A program made the translations under genes and the position numbers. The notes under the pieces were generated by a model. It had not been told where the DNA came from. It saw only the letters and a program-made list of their open reading frames with translations, and made no database searches. Source: Clostridia bacterium (GTDB lineage: Bacteria; Bacillota; Clostridia; UMGS1883; UMGS1540). From it: DNA of 56,852 bases. Positions 10,389-19,228 of the stretch are shown piece by piece. Location: NCBI GenBank assembly GCA_045531355.1, contig JAZSDW010000028.1:1-56852 (forward strand). The letters are read 5' to 3'. Within the stretch, counting starts at the first letter, position 1. Each line of letters starts with the position of its first letter.

Positions 10389-11318
10389 ATGGCAGAGATT
10401 ACCGTTTTGCTTCGAAAGCTGATTGAGGAATTTTCACTTGAGGTTGTCTATGGAACACCGGATTTAGAGACGCGCATCGTCTGCTCGAAGGATGTGCTTC
10501 GCCCCGGCATGCAGCTTGCAACCGGATTTTTTGATTACTTTGATAATACCCGGATTTCCATTTTAGGTAAAATGGAAAATACTTATTTAGAGCAGCAGCC
10601 CCCTGCGCGACGGTTACATCTTCTGGAAGAGCTTTTCAAGACGCAAATCCCCTGTTTTTTAATTACGCGCGGGCTGCCCGTTTTACCGGAAATCATCACG
10701 GCGGCAAAAAAGCATCAGGTGCCCGTTCTGCGGACGGAGCATAACACCTCGTCCTTTATTGCGGCACTGATTGCTTCGCTGAATATTCATCTGGCACCGC
10801 GGATTACAAGGCACGGCGTCTTGGTCGAAGTGTATGGCGAAGGGATTTTGCTTCTCGGGGAAAGCGGCGTCGGTAAAAGCGAAACGGCGATTGAGCTTGT
10901 CAAGCGCGGCCACCGGCTCGTGGCAGATGATGCGGTAGAAATCAAGAAGGTATCATCGAAAACGCTTGTCGGAAGTGCGCCGGAAATGATTCGGCACTTT
11001 ATCGAGCTTCGCGGCATCGGCATTGTCGATGTCCAGCGGCTTTACGGAACCGGTGCGGTCAAGGAAACGGAGCGCATCGACTTTATTTTAAATTTTGAGC
11101 CGTGGCAGGCCGGAAAATTTTATGATCGGCTGGGGCTGGACAGCGAATTTACCGAGCTTTTGGAAGTCAAAATTCCGTCGCTTACAGTGCCGGTCAAGCC
11201 CGGACGAAACCTTGCAGTTATCGTGGAGGTGGCGGCCATGAATAATAAGCAGAAAAAGCAGGGCTATAACGCGGCGGCGGCGCTGAATGAGCGCTGGATG
11301 CAGAAAAAACCGGAATAA
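10389..11318 (+). CDS. hprK: HPr kinase/phosphorylase
   Basis: P-loop GESGVGKSE and LVADD / ELRGIGI signature stretch. Confidence 0.9.
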   Translation: MAEITVLLRKLIEEFSLEVVYGTPDLETRIVCSKDVLRPGMQLATGFFDYFDNTRISILGKMENTYLEQQPPARRLHLLEELFKTQIPCFLITRGLPVLPEIITAAKKHQVPVLRTEHNTSSFIAALIASLNIHLAPRITRHGVLVEVYGEGILLLGESGVGKSETAIELVKRGHRLVADDAVEIKKVSSKTLVGSAPEMIRHFIELRGIGIVDVQRLYGTGAVKETERIDFILNFEPWQAGKFYDRLGLDSEFTELLEVKIPSLTVPVKPGRNLAVIVEVAAMNNKQKKQGYNAAAALNERWMQKKPE

Positions 11319-11338
11319 GAGAGAGAAAGGGACATACG

Positions 11339-12271
11339 ATGTATTATATTGGAGTGGATGTAGGCGGTACCAATATAAAGGCGGGACTGATAGATGCGAA
11401 GGGGAATATCTGCAAAAAAGCCCAGGCACCCACGGGCGGCCATCGTCCCGGCGAAGAAATCGGGGCGGATATTGCTCGCCTTGCAAAAGAGGTTGCCGAG
11501 GATGCTGGCGGGGAAGTTGCGGCCTGCGGCATCGGGATTCCCGGAATCTGTGATGCGAAAGCCGGTACGGTTCTTGCGGCGGCGAACTTGAATTTTGAGA
11601 ATTTTCCGCTTCGCGCGGTCGTAGAAAAAGCGCTTTCGATACCGGTTTGGATTGGCAACGATGCCAACTGCGCGGCGCTTGGGGAATATGCAAAGCTTCC
11701 CGAGCCGGTCGACAGTATGATTATGGTTACGCTCGGTACGGGGATTGGCGGCGGGCTCGTTTTAGACGGACGGCTTTATACCGGCGCAAACGGCCTTGCC
11801 GGCGAGGTGGGACATATCCTTCTTCGCCATGGCGGCGAAAAGTGCGGCTGCGGCAGACGCGGGTGCTGGGAAGCGTATGCGTCCACCTCGGCGCTCATTC
11901 GCCAGACGAAAGCGTATGCGCTCGAAAATCCCAAAAGCGCCGTAAGAATGGCATGCGGCGAGGATTTTTCCGCCCTTTCCGGCCGGACGGCCTTTGACCT
12001 TTACAAGGCAGGAGATGTCGGCGGAAGCAGCGTGGTGGAAACATGGATGGACTATGTTGCCGCCGGTCTTGCAGATTTAGTACACATCTTCCAGCCGTCG
12101 CTTATCTTAATCGGCGGCGCAATCAGCCGCGAGGGAGAGGCGCTTTTGGCACCGATTCGCCGGAAGCTGGAAAAGGAGTTATATTCGGATTCTTTGCCAA
12201 GGCCCAAAATCCGGGCGGCGGCACTTGGAAATGATGCCGGCCTTATCGGCGCGGCATTTTTAGGAAAATAA
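11339..12271 (+). CDS. glcK: ROK family glucokinase
   Basis: N-terminal GVDVGGTNIK, Zn-binding CGCGRRGCWEAY, EVGH motif. Confidence 0.85.
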   Translation: MYYIGVDVGGTNIKAGLIDAKGNICKKAQAPTGGHRPGEEIGADIARLAKEVAEDAGGEVAACGIGIPGICDAKAGTVLAAANLNFENFPLRAVVEKALSIPVWIGNDANCAALGEYAKLPEPVDSMIMVTLGTGIGGGLVLDGRLYTGANGLAGEVGHILLRHGGEKCGCGRRGCWEAYASTSALIRQTKAYALENPKSAVRMACGEDFSALSGRTAFDLYKAGDVGGSSVVETWMDYVAAGLADLVHIFQPSLILIGGAISREGEALLAPIRRKLEKELYSDSLPRPKIRAAALGNDAGLIGAAFLGK

Positions 12272-12280
12272 GGAGAAGCT

Positions 12281-13168
12281 ATGAACGAGGTTTTTCGGAA
12301 AATTGAAGCAATTTGCCCGGCGGAGCGCGGGGCAGATATGCGACAGTATACGACCTTTAAAATTGGCGGTAAAGCGGACCTTCTGGCAAGCCCCTCTTCG
12401 CCAGAAATGCTTCGGGAGGTGCTTTCGCTTTGCGCTTTTGTGCCGCATAGCATTATCGGCAACGGCTCCAACCTTCTGGTGGGAGACGGCGGGTATCGCG
12501 GTGTTTTAATCCGCATCGGAAACGGCATGGGTAACATAGAGCGCCGTGGCGAAACAATTATCGCTGAAGCCGGCGCCAGCCTTGCTGCCGTGGCGCGAAC
12601 GGCGCTGGAGGCAGGACTGTGTGGGATGGAGCCGCTCTCGGGAATTCCCGGCACTGTAGGCGGCGCGTGTGTCATGAATGCTGGCGCGTATGGCGGCGAG
12701 ATGCGCGATGTGGTAAAAAGCGTTTCGTTTCTCACGAAAAACGGAGAGCTATGCCAAGCGGAAGACCACGGCTTTTCTTATCGGCACAGCCGCTACATGG
12801 AGGAGGAAGCCGTCATTCTTTCCGTAGAATTTTCGCTAAAGTACGGGGACAGGGACGCGATTCGCGAAATGATGGAGCAACTTTCCGTAAAGCGGCGTGA
12901 AAAGCAACCGCTGACAATGCCGAGCGCGGGGAGCGCGTTCCGCCGCCCGCAAAACGGATATGCAGCACAGATGATTGACGAGGCAGGGCTTCGCGGTTTT
13001 TCGATAGGCGGCGCGGCCGTTTCCGAAAAACATGCCGGATTTGTGGTAAATACCGGCGGCGCGACGGCGAAAGAGGTTCGCGCACTTCTTACACACATTG
13101 AGGAAACCGTATTCCGGAAATTCGGGGTTCGTCTAGAGCCGGAAATCCGATTTCTGGGCGAGTTTTAA
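12281..13168 (+). CDS. murB: UDP-N-acetylenolpyruvoylglucosamine reductase
   Basis: FAD-binding TTFKIGG, GNGSNLLV, and PSAGSAFRRP active-site stretch. Confidence 0.9.
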   Translation: MNEVFRKIEAICPAERGADMRQYTTFKIGGKADLLASPSSPEMLREVLSLCAFVPHSIIGNGSNLLVGDGGYRGVLIRIGNGMGNIERRGETIIAEAGASLAAVARTALEAGLCGMEPLSGIPGTVGGACVMNAGAYGGEMRDVVKSVSFLTKNGELCQAEDHGFSYRHSRYMEEEAVILSVEFSLKYGDRDAIREMMEQLSVKRREKQPLTMPSAGSAFRRPQNGYAAQMIDEAGLRGFSIGGAAVSEKHAGFVVNTGGATAKEVRALLTHIEETVFRKFGVRLEPEIRFLGEF

Positions 13169-13185
13169 TTACGAAGGGAAACAAA

Positions 13186-14688
13186 ATGAGAAAGCTATGG
13201 TTTTTGTTGGTGCTCAGTTGTCTTTTTCCGCTGGGGGCTTCCGCGGCCACGGCAACGGTGTTTGATGCAGCGCCGGTCTTTACCGATAACATGGTGTTGC
13301 AAGCCGACCGGGAAATCGTCATTTATGGCACTTCGCCCGAGGAGGGCGCGGCGCTAACTGTTTTTCTAGAAGAAGAGAGGCAAGAGGTCACGGTGGAAGA
13401 AGGGCGCTGGGAAGCGCGTTTTGCGGCGCGGCCGGCCGGTGGCGAGCCGTTTGCCATCCAGATTGTAGGTAGTGGCGAGGGCGAGCATATTTTTATTGAA
13501 AATGTAACAGTAGGCGATGTGTGGCTTGTTTTAGGGCAATCGAATGTGGAGTTTTCCGCAACGGCAATCCCCGACTGGGACGCGCGATGCTATCAGCTTC
13601 CCAAAAATGCCCGGCTTCTGACCTTTACGAGCGCCGACCTTGCCGCAACCCCAAAAGGTGCGCGCAGCCGCACCTGGCGGCCGATGACCTGGCTTTCGGC
13701 GGCGCAAGCGAGCGCACTCGGCGTTCTTCTCTGCGATGAGATTTCCCTTTCCACGGGCTTTGAAAGGCCACAAGGGCTGATTTCCGCCGGCTTTCGCGGG
13801 CAGGAGCTTTCGGCGTTTTTGCCGCCGGCGCTTGCCGAGGGAATGGAAACAGGGGCAAAGGAGACAAGCCGGATTTACGAGGCCGTTTTGGCGGACATCG
13901 ACCGGTTCCCTATCCGGGGACTTGTCTGGTATCAGGGCGAGGCCAACGGCGCGTATTATAAGGAATATATAGAAAAATTTTCGGCATTTATCCGCGAGTG
14001 GCGCAAAAAAGCCGGTCATTTTCCGGTGTATGTCGTAGAGCTTGCACCCTGCTTTCCCGGCGAGGAGGCGGAAAGGCAATATCTCGATTTCGGCACAGTG
14101 CGCGGCGTTATGGGCACGCTTCCTTTATTTCTCGAGGACACATGGATATGCCCGGCGAGCGACCTTTTTTCCGACCGCGCGTATGTAAACAGTCTGCACC
14201 CGCCGAATAAAACAGCGCTTTCCTACCGGGTGCTGGGTGCGATATTAGAAAAGAGCTACGGGATTGGAAATGCCACCGCGCCGCAAATAGAAAGTATTGC
14301 GTATGGCGAAGCGGAAAACGAGGTACACCTTGCGTTTTCCATGCCGTTATATTTTAAGGAAACGCCCCGCGGCTTTTCCGGCATTGACGAAAGCTGGGAA
14401 GAGGCCGAGCTTTTATCTGTTTCGGTTGAAGGCAACGCGGTGCGCCTTACTTTTGACCGCGAAATCTGCATTGTGCGCTACGGCGCGCGGGCGGACGATG
14501 TGCATGGGGAATCGCTTTCCCTTTGCGGCGAAAACGGGCAGATTCTGCCCCAGCTTTGGTATATGCTTCGCGAGCCGAGCGGGAATAAAATAAGCGCGCT
14601 TGCACGCAGAATGCTTTGGCCCCTTTTCCTTTTTGCTCTACTCGGCGGCGCGGGGCTTTGGTGGATACGAAAGAAAAAGAAAGGATGA
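13186..14688 (+). CDS. Sialate O-acetylesterase-like (SASA/DUF303, SGNH-type) hydrolase with signal peptide and C-terminal TM anchor
   Basis: GQSNVEF and VWYQGEANG motifs. Signal peptide LVLSCLFPLGASA. C-terminal LWPLFLFALLGGAGLWWIRKKKK. Confidence 0.6.
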   Translation: MRKLWFLLVLSCLFPLGASAATATVFDAAPVFTDNMVLQADREIVIYGTSPEEGAALTVFLEEERQEVTVEEGRWEARFAARPAGGEPFAIQIVGSGEGEHIFIENVTVGDVWLVLGQSNVEFSATAIPDWDARCYQLPKNARLLTFTSADLAATPKGARSRTWRPMTWLSAAQASALGVLLCDEISLSTGFERPQGLISAGFRGQELSAFLPPALAEGMETGAKETSRIYEAVLADIDRFPIRGLVWYQGEANGAYYKEYIEKFSAFIREWRKKAGHFPVYVVELAPCFPGEEAERQYLDFGTVRGVMGTLPLFLEDTWICPASDLFSDRAYVNSLHPPNKTALSYRVLGAILEKSYGIGNATAPQIESIAYGEAENEVHLAFSMPLYFKETPRGFSGIDESWEEAELLSVSVEGNAVRLTFDREICIVRYGARADDVHGESLSLCGENGQILPQLWYMLREPSGNKISALARRMLWPLFLFALLGGAGLWWIRKKKKG

Positions 14689-14695
14689 GTCACAA

Positions 14696-15715
14696 ATGAG
14701 AAAACTGCGTATACTGTCCCTTTGTCTTCTGCTTTTTCTTCTGACCGGCGCCGGACGCGCGCTGGCGCTGGAGGGTGTTTATGCCGAAACATGTCCTTTG
14801 AATGTGCGGCCGCAGGTGCAGAAAGGAGAAGACGGGGCAACGCTTTTGCTCGCAGTCTTTAATGCAACCGGACATGCGGTGGACTATATCGAGTTTTCTA
14901 TGTATATTTTAAACGAATTAGGCGAGCCTGCCAAAAACGGCGAAACGCATTTCTTCCGTGCTTACGCGGAGAATCTCGCGCTGGAACCGTATGCCGAACG
15001 CGCGATTTCCTGGTCGCTTGCGTCGTATCCGGGCGCGGCTGATTATGCGCAGTTTCGCATGGAAAAGGTCGTGTTTTCCGAAGGAACACAATGGACAAGG
15101 CCGGAAACGGTTTATGCGCAGGCGTATCTGTATGCTAAAAACCCAAAAACGACGGACGGCGCGTATCTTCTGGATGCGGAAAGAACGCTGACACTTGTTG
15201 ACTATTCCTATTCTTCATATGCCCGCACCTGGTATATCTGGAACGACGGGCCGGGCTGGGTGCCCTTTTCGCATGACCTCGTTGCCAAATGTCAGATCTG
15301 GCAGCCGGGTGCCGCGATAAAGCTTGTGATAAACGACGACGAGTCGCTGTATACAATAGAAAGCTTCCGCGTGGCGCTTTCGCCGGGCGAAATCTGCGTG
15401 CAGGCTTATGAAACCGGAAAGGTCGAGAATGCCCTGCCGTCCGGTATGGATGAAGCACAGCCTTCCTTCTTTATGGAAACGAAGCTTCCGGTCGGGCACG
15501 AACCCGTGCTCCTCGGCCTTTGGGATTTTACGGAGAGCGCGGATAGAGCCTGGGCAATCTGGGACGGCGAAAACTGGATAGATTTTTCTTTTGACCGCGG
15601 GCCGGTCTGCCAGATCTGGCGGCCGGGTATTACCTATATCCGCCTTTCGTATCCGGATGCCGCGGCGGTTTATGCCATTTCCGTCCAGATGGAGGAAGAA
15701 AATCGTGTTTACTAA
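14696..15715 (+). CDS. Secreted protein of unknown function with an internal tandem module
   Basis: Start at ATG 14696 (MRKLRILSLCLLLFLLTGAGRALA). Two similar roughly 55-60-aa modules share the pattern W.IW(D/N)G..W..FS.....CQIW.PG. Confidence 0.6.
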   Translation: MRKLRILSLCLLLFLLTGAGRALALEGVYAETCPLNVRPQVQKGEDGATLLLAVFNATGHAVDYIEFSMYILNELGEPAKNGETHFFRAYAENLALEPYAERAISWSLASYPGAADYAQFRMEKVVFSEGTQWTRPETVYAQAYLYAKNPKTTDGAYLLDAERTLTLVDYSYSSYARTWYIWNDGPGWVPFSHDLVAKCQIWQPGAAIKLVINDDESLYTIESFRVALSPGEICVQAYETGKVENALPSGMDEAQPSFFMETKLPVGHEPVLLGLWDFTESADRAWAIWDGENWIDFSFDRGPVCQIWRPGITYIRLSYPDAAAVYAISVQMEEENRVY

Positions 15716-17225
15716 AGTACATACCGCATGCCTTGTCGGTATCGACGGGCACGCTGTTACCGTTGAAACGGATGTTTCACAAGGCCTTCCGCAGTTTGAG
15801 GTGGTAGGGCTTCCGGATGCGACAGTCAGGGAAGCACGCGAGAGAGTGCGTGCGGCTATTAAAAATTGCGGCTACGAATTTCCCGCCCGGCGACTAACGG
15901 TAAACCTCGCGCCGGCGGACATCAAAAAGGCCGGCAGTATGTTTGACCTGCCGATTGCCGTTTCCATTCTGCTTGCAACGGGAGAGGCAACGGGCGATGC
16001 GGCGGATTATGTGCTGATTGGCGAATTATCCCTTGCCGGCGAGCTTCGTCCGGTGCCGGGCGTTTTGCCGCTCGTCATGGGTGCGGTAATGGCGGGAAAG
16101 AAAAAGGTCATTGTACCGCATGAAAATGCAAAAGAGGGCGCACTTTGCGAAGACGCCGCCGTATATGGCGCCGGGAACTTGCGCGAGGTGCTCGAACATA
16201 TCGAAGGGAAAAAGAGCCTTGAAAGAGAAACGGCCGACATCGGCGCACTTCTTTCCGGGGCGCACGACTTGGGGGGCGATTTTGCCGAGGTACGCGGTCA
16301 GGAAAGCGTGAAGCGCGCGCTGGAAATCGCGGCAGCCGGGGGCCATAATATTCTGATTGTCGGTTCGCCCGGCTCCGGGAAAAGTATGCTCGCAAAGCGC
16401 TTGCCGTCTATTTTGCCGCCGCTAACGGCTTCGGAAGCGCTGGAGGTAACGCGGATTCATAGCGTATGCGGAACGCTCCCGCCCGAGGCACCGCTGGTGG
16501 TAGCGCGTCCGTTCCGTGCGCCGCATCATAGCGCATCTACCGTGGGGCTTGCCGGCGGCGGGACATCGGTGCGGCCGGGTGAAATTTCGCTTGCCCACAG
16601 AGGTGTACTCTTTTTAGATGAGCTCCCCGAATTTCACCGCGATGCGATGGAGGTTTTGCGCCAGCCAATGGAAGACGGCAAAGTGACGGTCACGCGGGCT
16701 TCTGCCACGCTGACTTTTCCAAGCGATTTTATGCTGGTTGCGGCAATGAACCCTTGCCGCTGCGGCTATTATGGCGATAAAAAGCACCGTTGCCGCTGTA
16801 CGGCGTCCTCGATTGCCCGCTACACCGGCCGCATCAGCGGACCGCTGCTTGATAGAATTGACATCCGGGTCGAGGCCGAGACGGTCACCTATTCCCAGCT
16901 TTCTGCCCCGCCGGCAGAAAAAAGTGCCGATATCCGGGCACGCGTTATCCGCGCGAGACAGCGGCAGGCGGCGCGGCTTGCTCCGCTAGGGCTTTTGTAT
17001 AACGCCCAGCTTTCGGCAGATGTGGAAAAGCATTGTCTGCTTTCCGCCCCGGCCGCGGCAATGGCAAAGGAGGCGTTCTCCTCGCTCGATTTAAGCGCCA
17101 GAAGCTATACGCGCATTTTAAAGGTTGCCAGAACGATTGCCGACCTTGACGGCGCAGAAACGATTCAGGACTATCATCTAGGCGAGGCGTTTCGTTATCA
17201 CAAAACAGGCAATCTTGTCGGATAA
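15705..17225 (+). CDS. comM: YifB/ComM family Mg-chelatase-like AAA+ ATPase
   Basis: GSPGSGKSMLAKRLPSILPPL, VLFLDELPEF, and the C-rich CRCGYYGDKKHRCRC. GTG start at 15705 gives the family-typical N-terminus VFTKVHTACL and overlaps the upstream stop. Confidence 0.88.
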   Translation: MFTKVHTACLVGIDGHAVTVETDVSQGLPQFEVVGLPDATVREARERVRAAIKNCGYEFPARRLTVNLAPADIKKAGSMFDLPIAVSILLATGEATGDAADYVLIGELSLAGELRPVPGVLPLVMGAVMAGKKKVIVPHENAKEGALCEDAAVYGAGNLREVLEHIEGKKSLERETADIGALLSGAHDLGGDFAEVRGQESVKRALEIAAAGGHNILIVGSPGSGKSMLAKRLPSILPPLTASEALEVTRIHSVCGTLPPEAPLVVARPFRAPHHSASTVGLAGGGTSVRPGEISLAHRGVLFLDELPEFHRDAMEVLRQPMEDGKVTVTRASATLTFPSDFMLVAAMNPCRCGYYGDKKHRCRCTASSIARYTGRISGPLLDRIDIRVEAETVTYSQLSAPPAEKSADIRARVIRARQRQAARLAPLGLLYNAQLSADVEKHCLLSAPAAAMAKEAFSSLDLSARSYTRILKVARTIADLDGAETIQDYHLGEAFRYHKTGNLVG

Positions 17226-17235
17226 AGATGCAAAA

Positions 17236-17274
17236 GGGACTGTAAAAAACAATCGTTTTTACAGCCCCTTTTTT
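17236..17274 (+). terminator. Rho-independent terminator of comM
   Basis: gggactgtaaaaa / tttttacagcccc stem followed by tttttt. Confidence 0.7.
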
Positions 17275-17278
17275 AGAG

Positions 17279-17358
17279 CAATTCATTTCTTTAAGTATCA
17301 AATCCTATTTGCTCATTATATTTTTCCCTTTTTGCGGTCTGGACTTTTTTACAGCCCC
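17279..17358. repeat. Direct repeat copy 1 (about 80 bp)
   Basis: attcatttctttaagtatcaaatcctatttgctcattata...tttgcggtctggactttttt recurs at 17524-17604 with 2-3 differences. Confidence 0.85.
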
Positions 17359-17388
17359 ATTTTAAAGGGGATAGGAAAAATGTTTCAG

Positions 17389-17472
17389 AACAAGCAAATT
17401 GAGCCAAAGCCTTTGGCTTTGGGCTACCCGAAGGCGTACAGGGGTACGCCGAGAGGCGAAATTTGTTTGTAG
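17389..17472 (-). repeat. Two-hairpin intergenic repeat element, copy 2 (inverted relative to 1580-1660)
   Basis: Hairpins at 17402-17418 (agccaaag c ctttggct) and 17433-17450 (ggcgtac aggg gtacgcc). The flanking aacaaa(t)ttcgcc tract is shared with copy 1. Confidence 0.6.
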
Positions 17473-17523
17473 CAAAAAGGCGCTTGAATGAAGAAAAATC
17501 GAAAGAATGAGATTTTTCAACAC

Positions 17524-17604
17524 AAATTCATTTCTTTAAGTATCAAATCCTATTTGCTCATTATATGTTTCCCTTTTTGCGGTCTGGACTTTTTTTACAT
17601 CCCC
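17524..17604. repeat. Direct repeat copy 2 (about 80 bp)
   Basis: See 17279-17358. Confidence 0.85.
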
Positions 17605-17620
17605 TTTTTTAAAAGAGGGG

Positions 17621-17649
17621 TTTACAAACCTTGGTTTTTATGGTATACT
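17621..17649 (+). promoter_or_regulatory. Sigma-A type promoter of mgtE
   Basis: TTTACA, 17-nt spacer, TATACT, with TGg immediately upstream of the -10. Confidence 0.6.
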
Positions 17650-17843
17650 ATATGTAATCTTTTAGAAAAGGAAGTGAGCTTGTGGACAGTTATCCCGGTC
17701 GATTATGTATGACTTTTTGGGCAGTTTACAGGCTTTTTCTGTGCTGCCCTATCCGGGTAGCAATCGGATAAAAGAAGGGCAGAAGCCTTTTTCTGTCCAG
17801 TCTTTTTCTTTTGCTGCCCAAATACAGAAAGGGTGGTTTTTTT
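17650..17843 (+). promoter_or_regulatory. Structured 5' leader of mgtE with terminator/antiterminator alternatives
   Basis: gggcag (17719-24), ctgccc (17744-49), gggcag (17777-82) and ctgccc (17814-19). The candidate terminator gggcagaa / ttctgtcc (17777-17798) is followed by tctttttctttt. Confidence 0.45.
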
Positions 17844-19175
17844 ATGCTCGAAACAATTTTAGACCTTTTATCGTCCCGCCGCTACGGCGCACTCCGTACG
17901 CTTTTGGCATCTGCTAACATCGTTGATATTGCGGAGCTTTTTGACGAACTTGACGAAAACGATTCGCTGCTTGTTTTTCGGCTTTTGCCAAAAGAAATGG
18001 CTGCCGATGTTTTCAGCTACATGGAAAAAGATGCGCAAAAGCACATCGTGGAAAGCATTACAGACCGCGAGCTTTCCGGCATCATTGAAAACCTTTTCCT
18101 CGACGATGCGGTTGACTTTATTGAAGAAATGCCGGCAAGCGTTGTCAAGCGCGTGCTCAAAAATGCAAATGGGGAGAAGCGGGCGCTCCTTAACCGGTTT
18201 TTAAATTATGCCGAGGATTCTGCCGGAAGTCTTATGACGATTGAGTTCGTCGGTTTGAAAAAGGAAATGACTGTGCAGGATGCGTTTGATACCATCCGGC
18301 GCACAGGGCCGGATAAAGAAACGATTTACACCTGCTATGTCATGAACGAAAACCGGAAGCTGGAAGGAATTGTTTCCGTTAAAACCTTGCTTTTAAGCGA
18401 TAAAGACGCCAAAATTGCGTCCATTATGGATACGCAGGTCATTTTCGTTTCGACCGACGATGATAAAGAAGAAATTACCGCACTGTTCCAGAAATACGAT
18501 TTTCTTTCGCTCCCGGTTGTCGACAGGGAACGGCGGCTCGTCGGCATTATCACAATTGACGATGCTGTAGAAGCGTTGCAGCAGGAAAACACGGAGGACT
18601 TTGAGCTGATGGCGGCGCTCACGCCTTCGGAAGAACCATACCTTAAGACCGGCGTTTTCGGGCATGCCCGCCGGCGCGTGTTCTGGCTTCTGCTTCTCAT
18701 GCTTTCCTCGGCGCTTTCCGGCACGATTCTCACCACTTTTGAGGATGCGTTTAAGGTCATGCCGATTTTAGTTTCGTTTATCCCGATGCTGATGAACACG
18801 GGCGGTAACTGTGGTTCGCAGGCCTCCACGCTGATTATCCGCGGTCTTTCTCTTGGCGAAATTTCGGGGCGGGATACGCTTCGCGTCTGGTGGTGCGAGG
18901 CACGCGTGGCCGTGCTTTGCGGTATTGTTCTTTCCGCCGTAAACCTTCTGCGCATCTGGATTTTTGAAGGGGACCTCCTTTTAGGCCTCGTTGTAAGCGT
19001 CAGCCTTCTGGCAACCGTGGTGCTTGCAAAATCTGTTGGCTGTCTTTTGCCAATCGGTGCAAAGAAGCTTGGGATGGATCCCGCGATTATGGCATCGCCC
19101 ATTATTACAACGATTGTCGATATTTGCGCGCTGGCGCTGTATTTTACGGTGGCAAAGTTTATGCTGCACCTTTAG
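17844..19175 (+). CDS. mgtE: Magnesium transporter MgtE
   Basis: MgtE N-domain, CBS pair and TM domain with PMLMNTGGNCGSQAS. Start set at ATG 17844 (MLETILDLL), which follows AGAAAGGGTGG. Confidence 0.9.
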   Translation: MLETILDLLSSRRYGALRTLLASANIVDIAELFDELDENDSLLVFRLLPKEMAADVFSYMEKDAQKHIVESITDRELSGIIENLFLDDAVDFIEEMPASVVKRVLKNANGEKRALLNRFLNYAEDSAGSLMTIEFVGLKKEMTVQDAFDTIRRTGPDKETIYTCYVMNENRKLEGIVSVKTLLLSDKDAKIASIMDTQVIFVSTDDDKEEITALFQKYDFLSLPVVDRERRLVGIITIDDAVEALQQENTEDFELMAALTPSEEPYLKTGVFGHARRRVFWLLLLMLSSALSGTILTTFEDAFKVMPILVSFIPMLMNTGGNCGSQASTLIIRGLSLGEISGRDTLRVWWCEARVAVLCGIVLSAVNLLRIWIFEGDLLLGLVVSVSLLATVVLAKSVGCLLPIGAKKLGMDPAIMASPIITTIVDICALALYFTVAKFMLHL

Positions 19176-19184
19176 GGCAATATC

Positions 19185-19226
19185 AAAAAAGCCATACAGT
19201 CCTTTTGGGGATTGTATGGCTTTTTT
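19185..19226. terminator. Bidirectional terminator between mgtE (+) and 19229-19999 (-)
   Basis: aaaaaagccataca / tgtatggctttttt stem flanked by A- and T-runs. Confidence 0.7.
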
Positions 19227-19228
19227 AT

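Noticed and set aside
17650-17843. M-box (ykoK) Mg2+ riboswitch upstream of mgtE
   Set aside because: This was expected from context, but I could not find the conserved M-box core (for example the GGUGAGGCU...GCUGCUGCCC...AAUGGGU order) by eye. Only fragments resemble it. It is reported as an unclassified attenuator instead.
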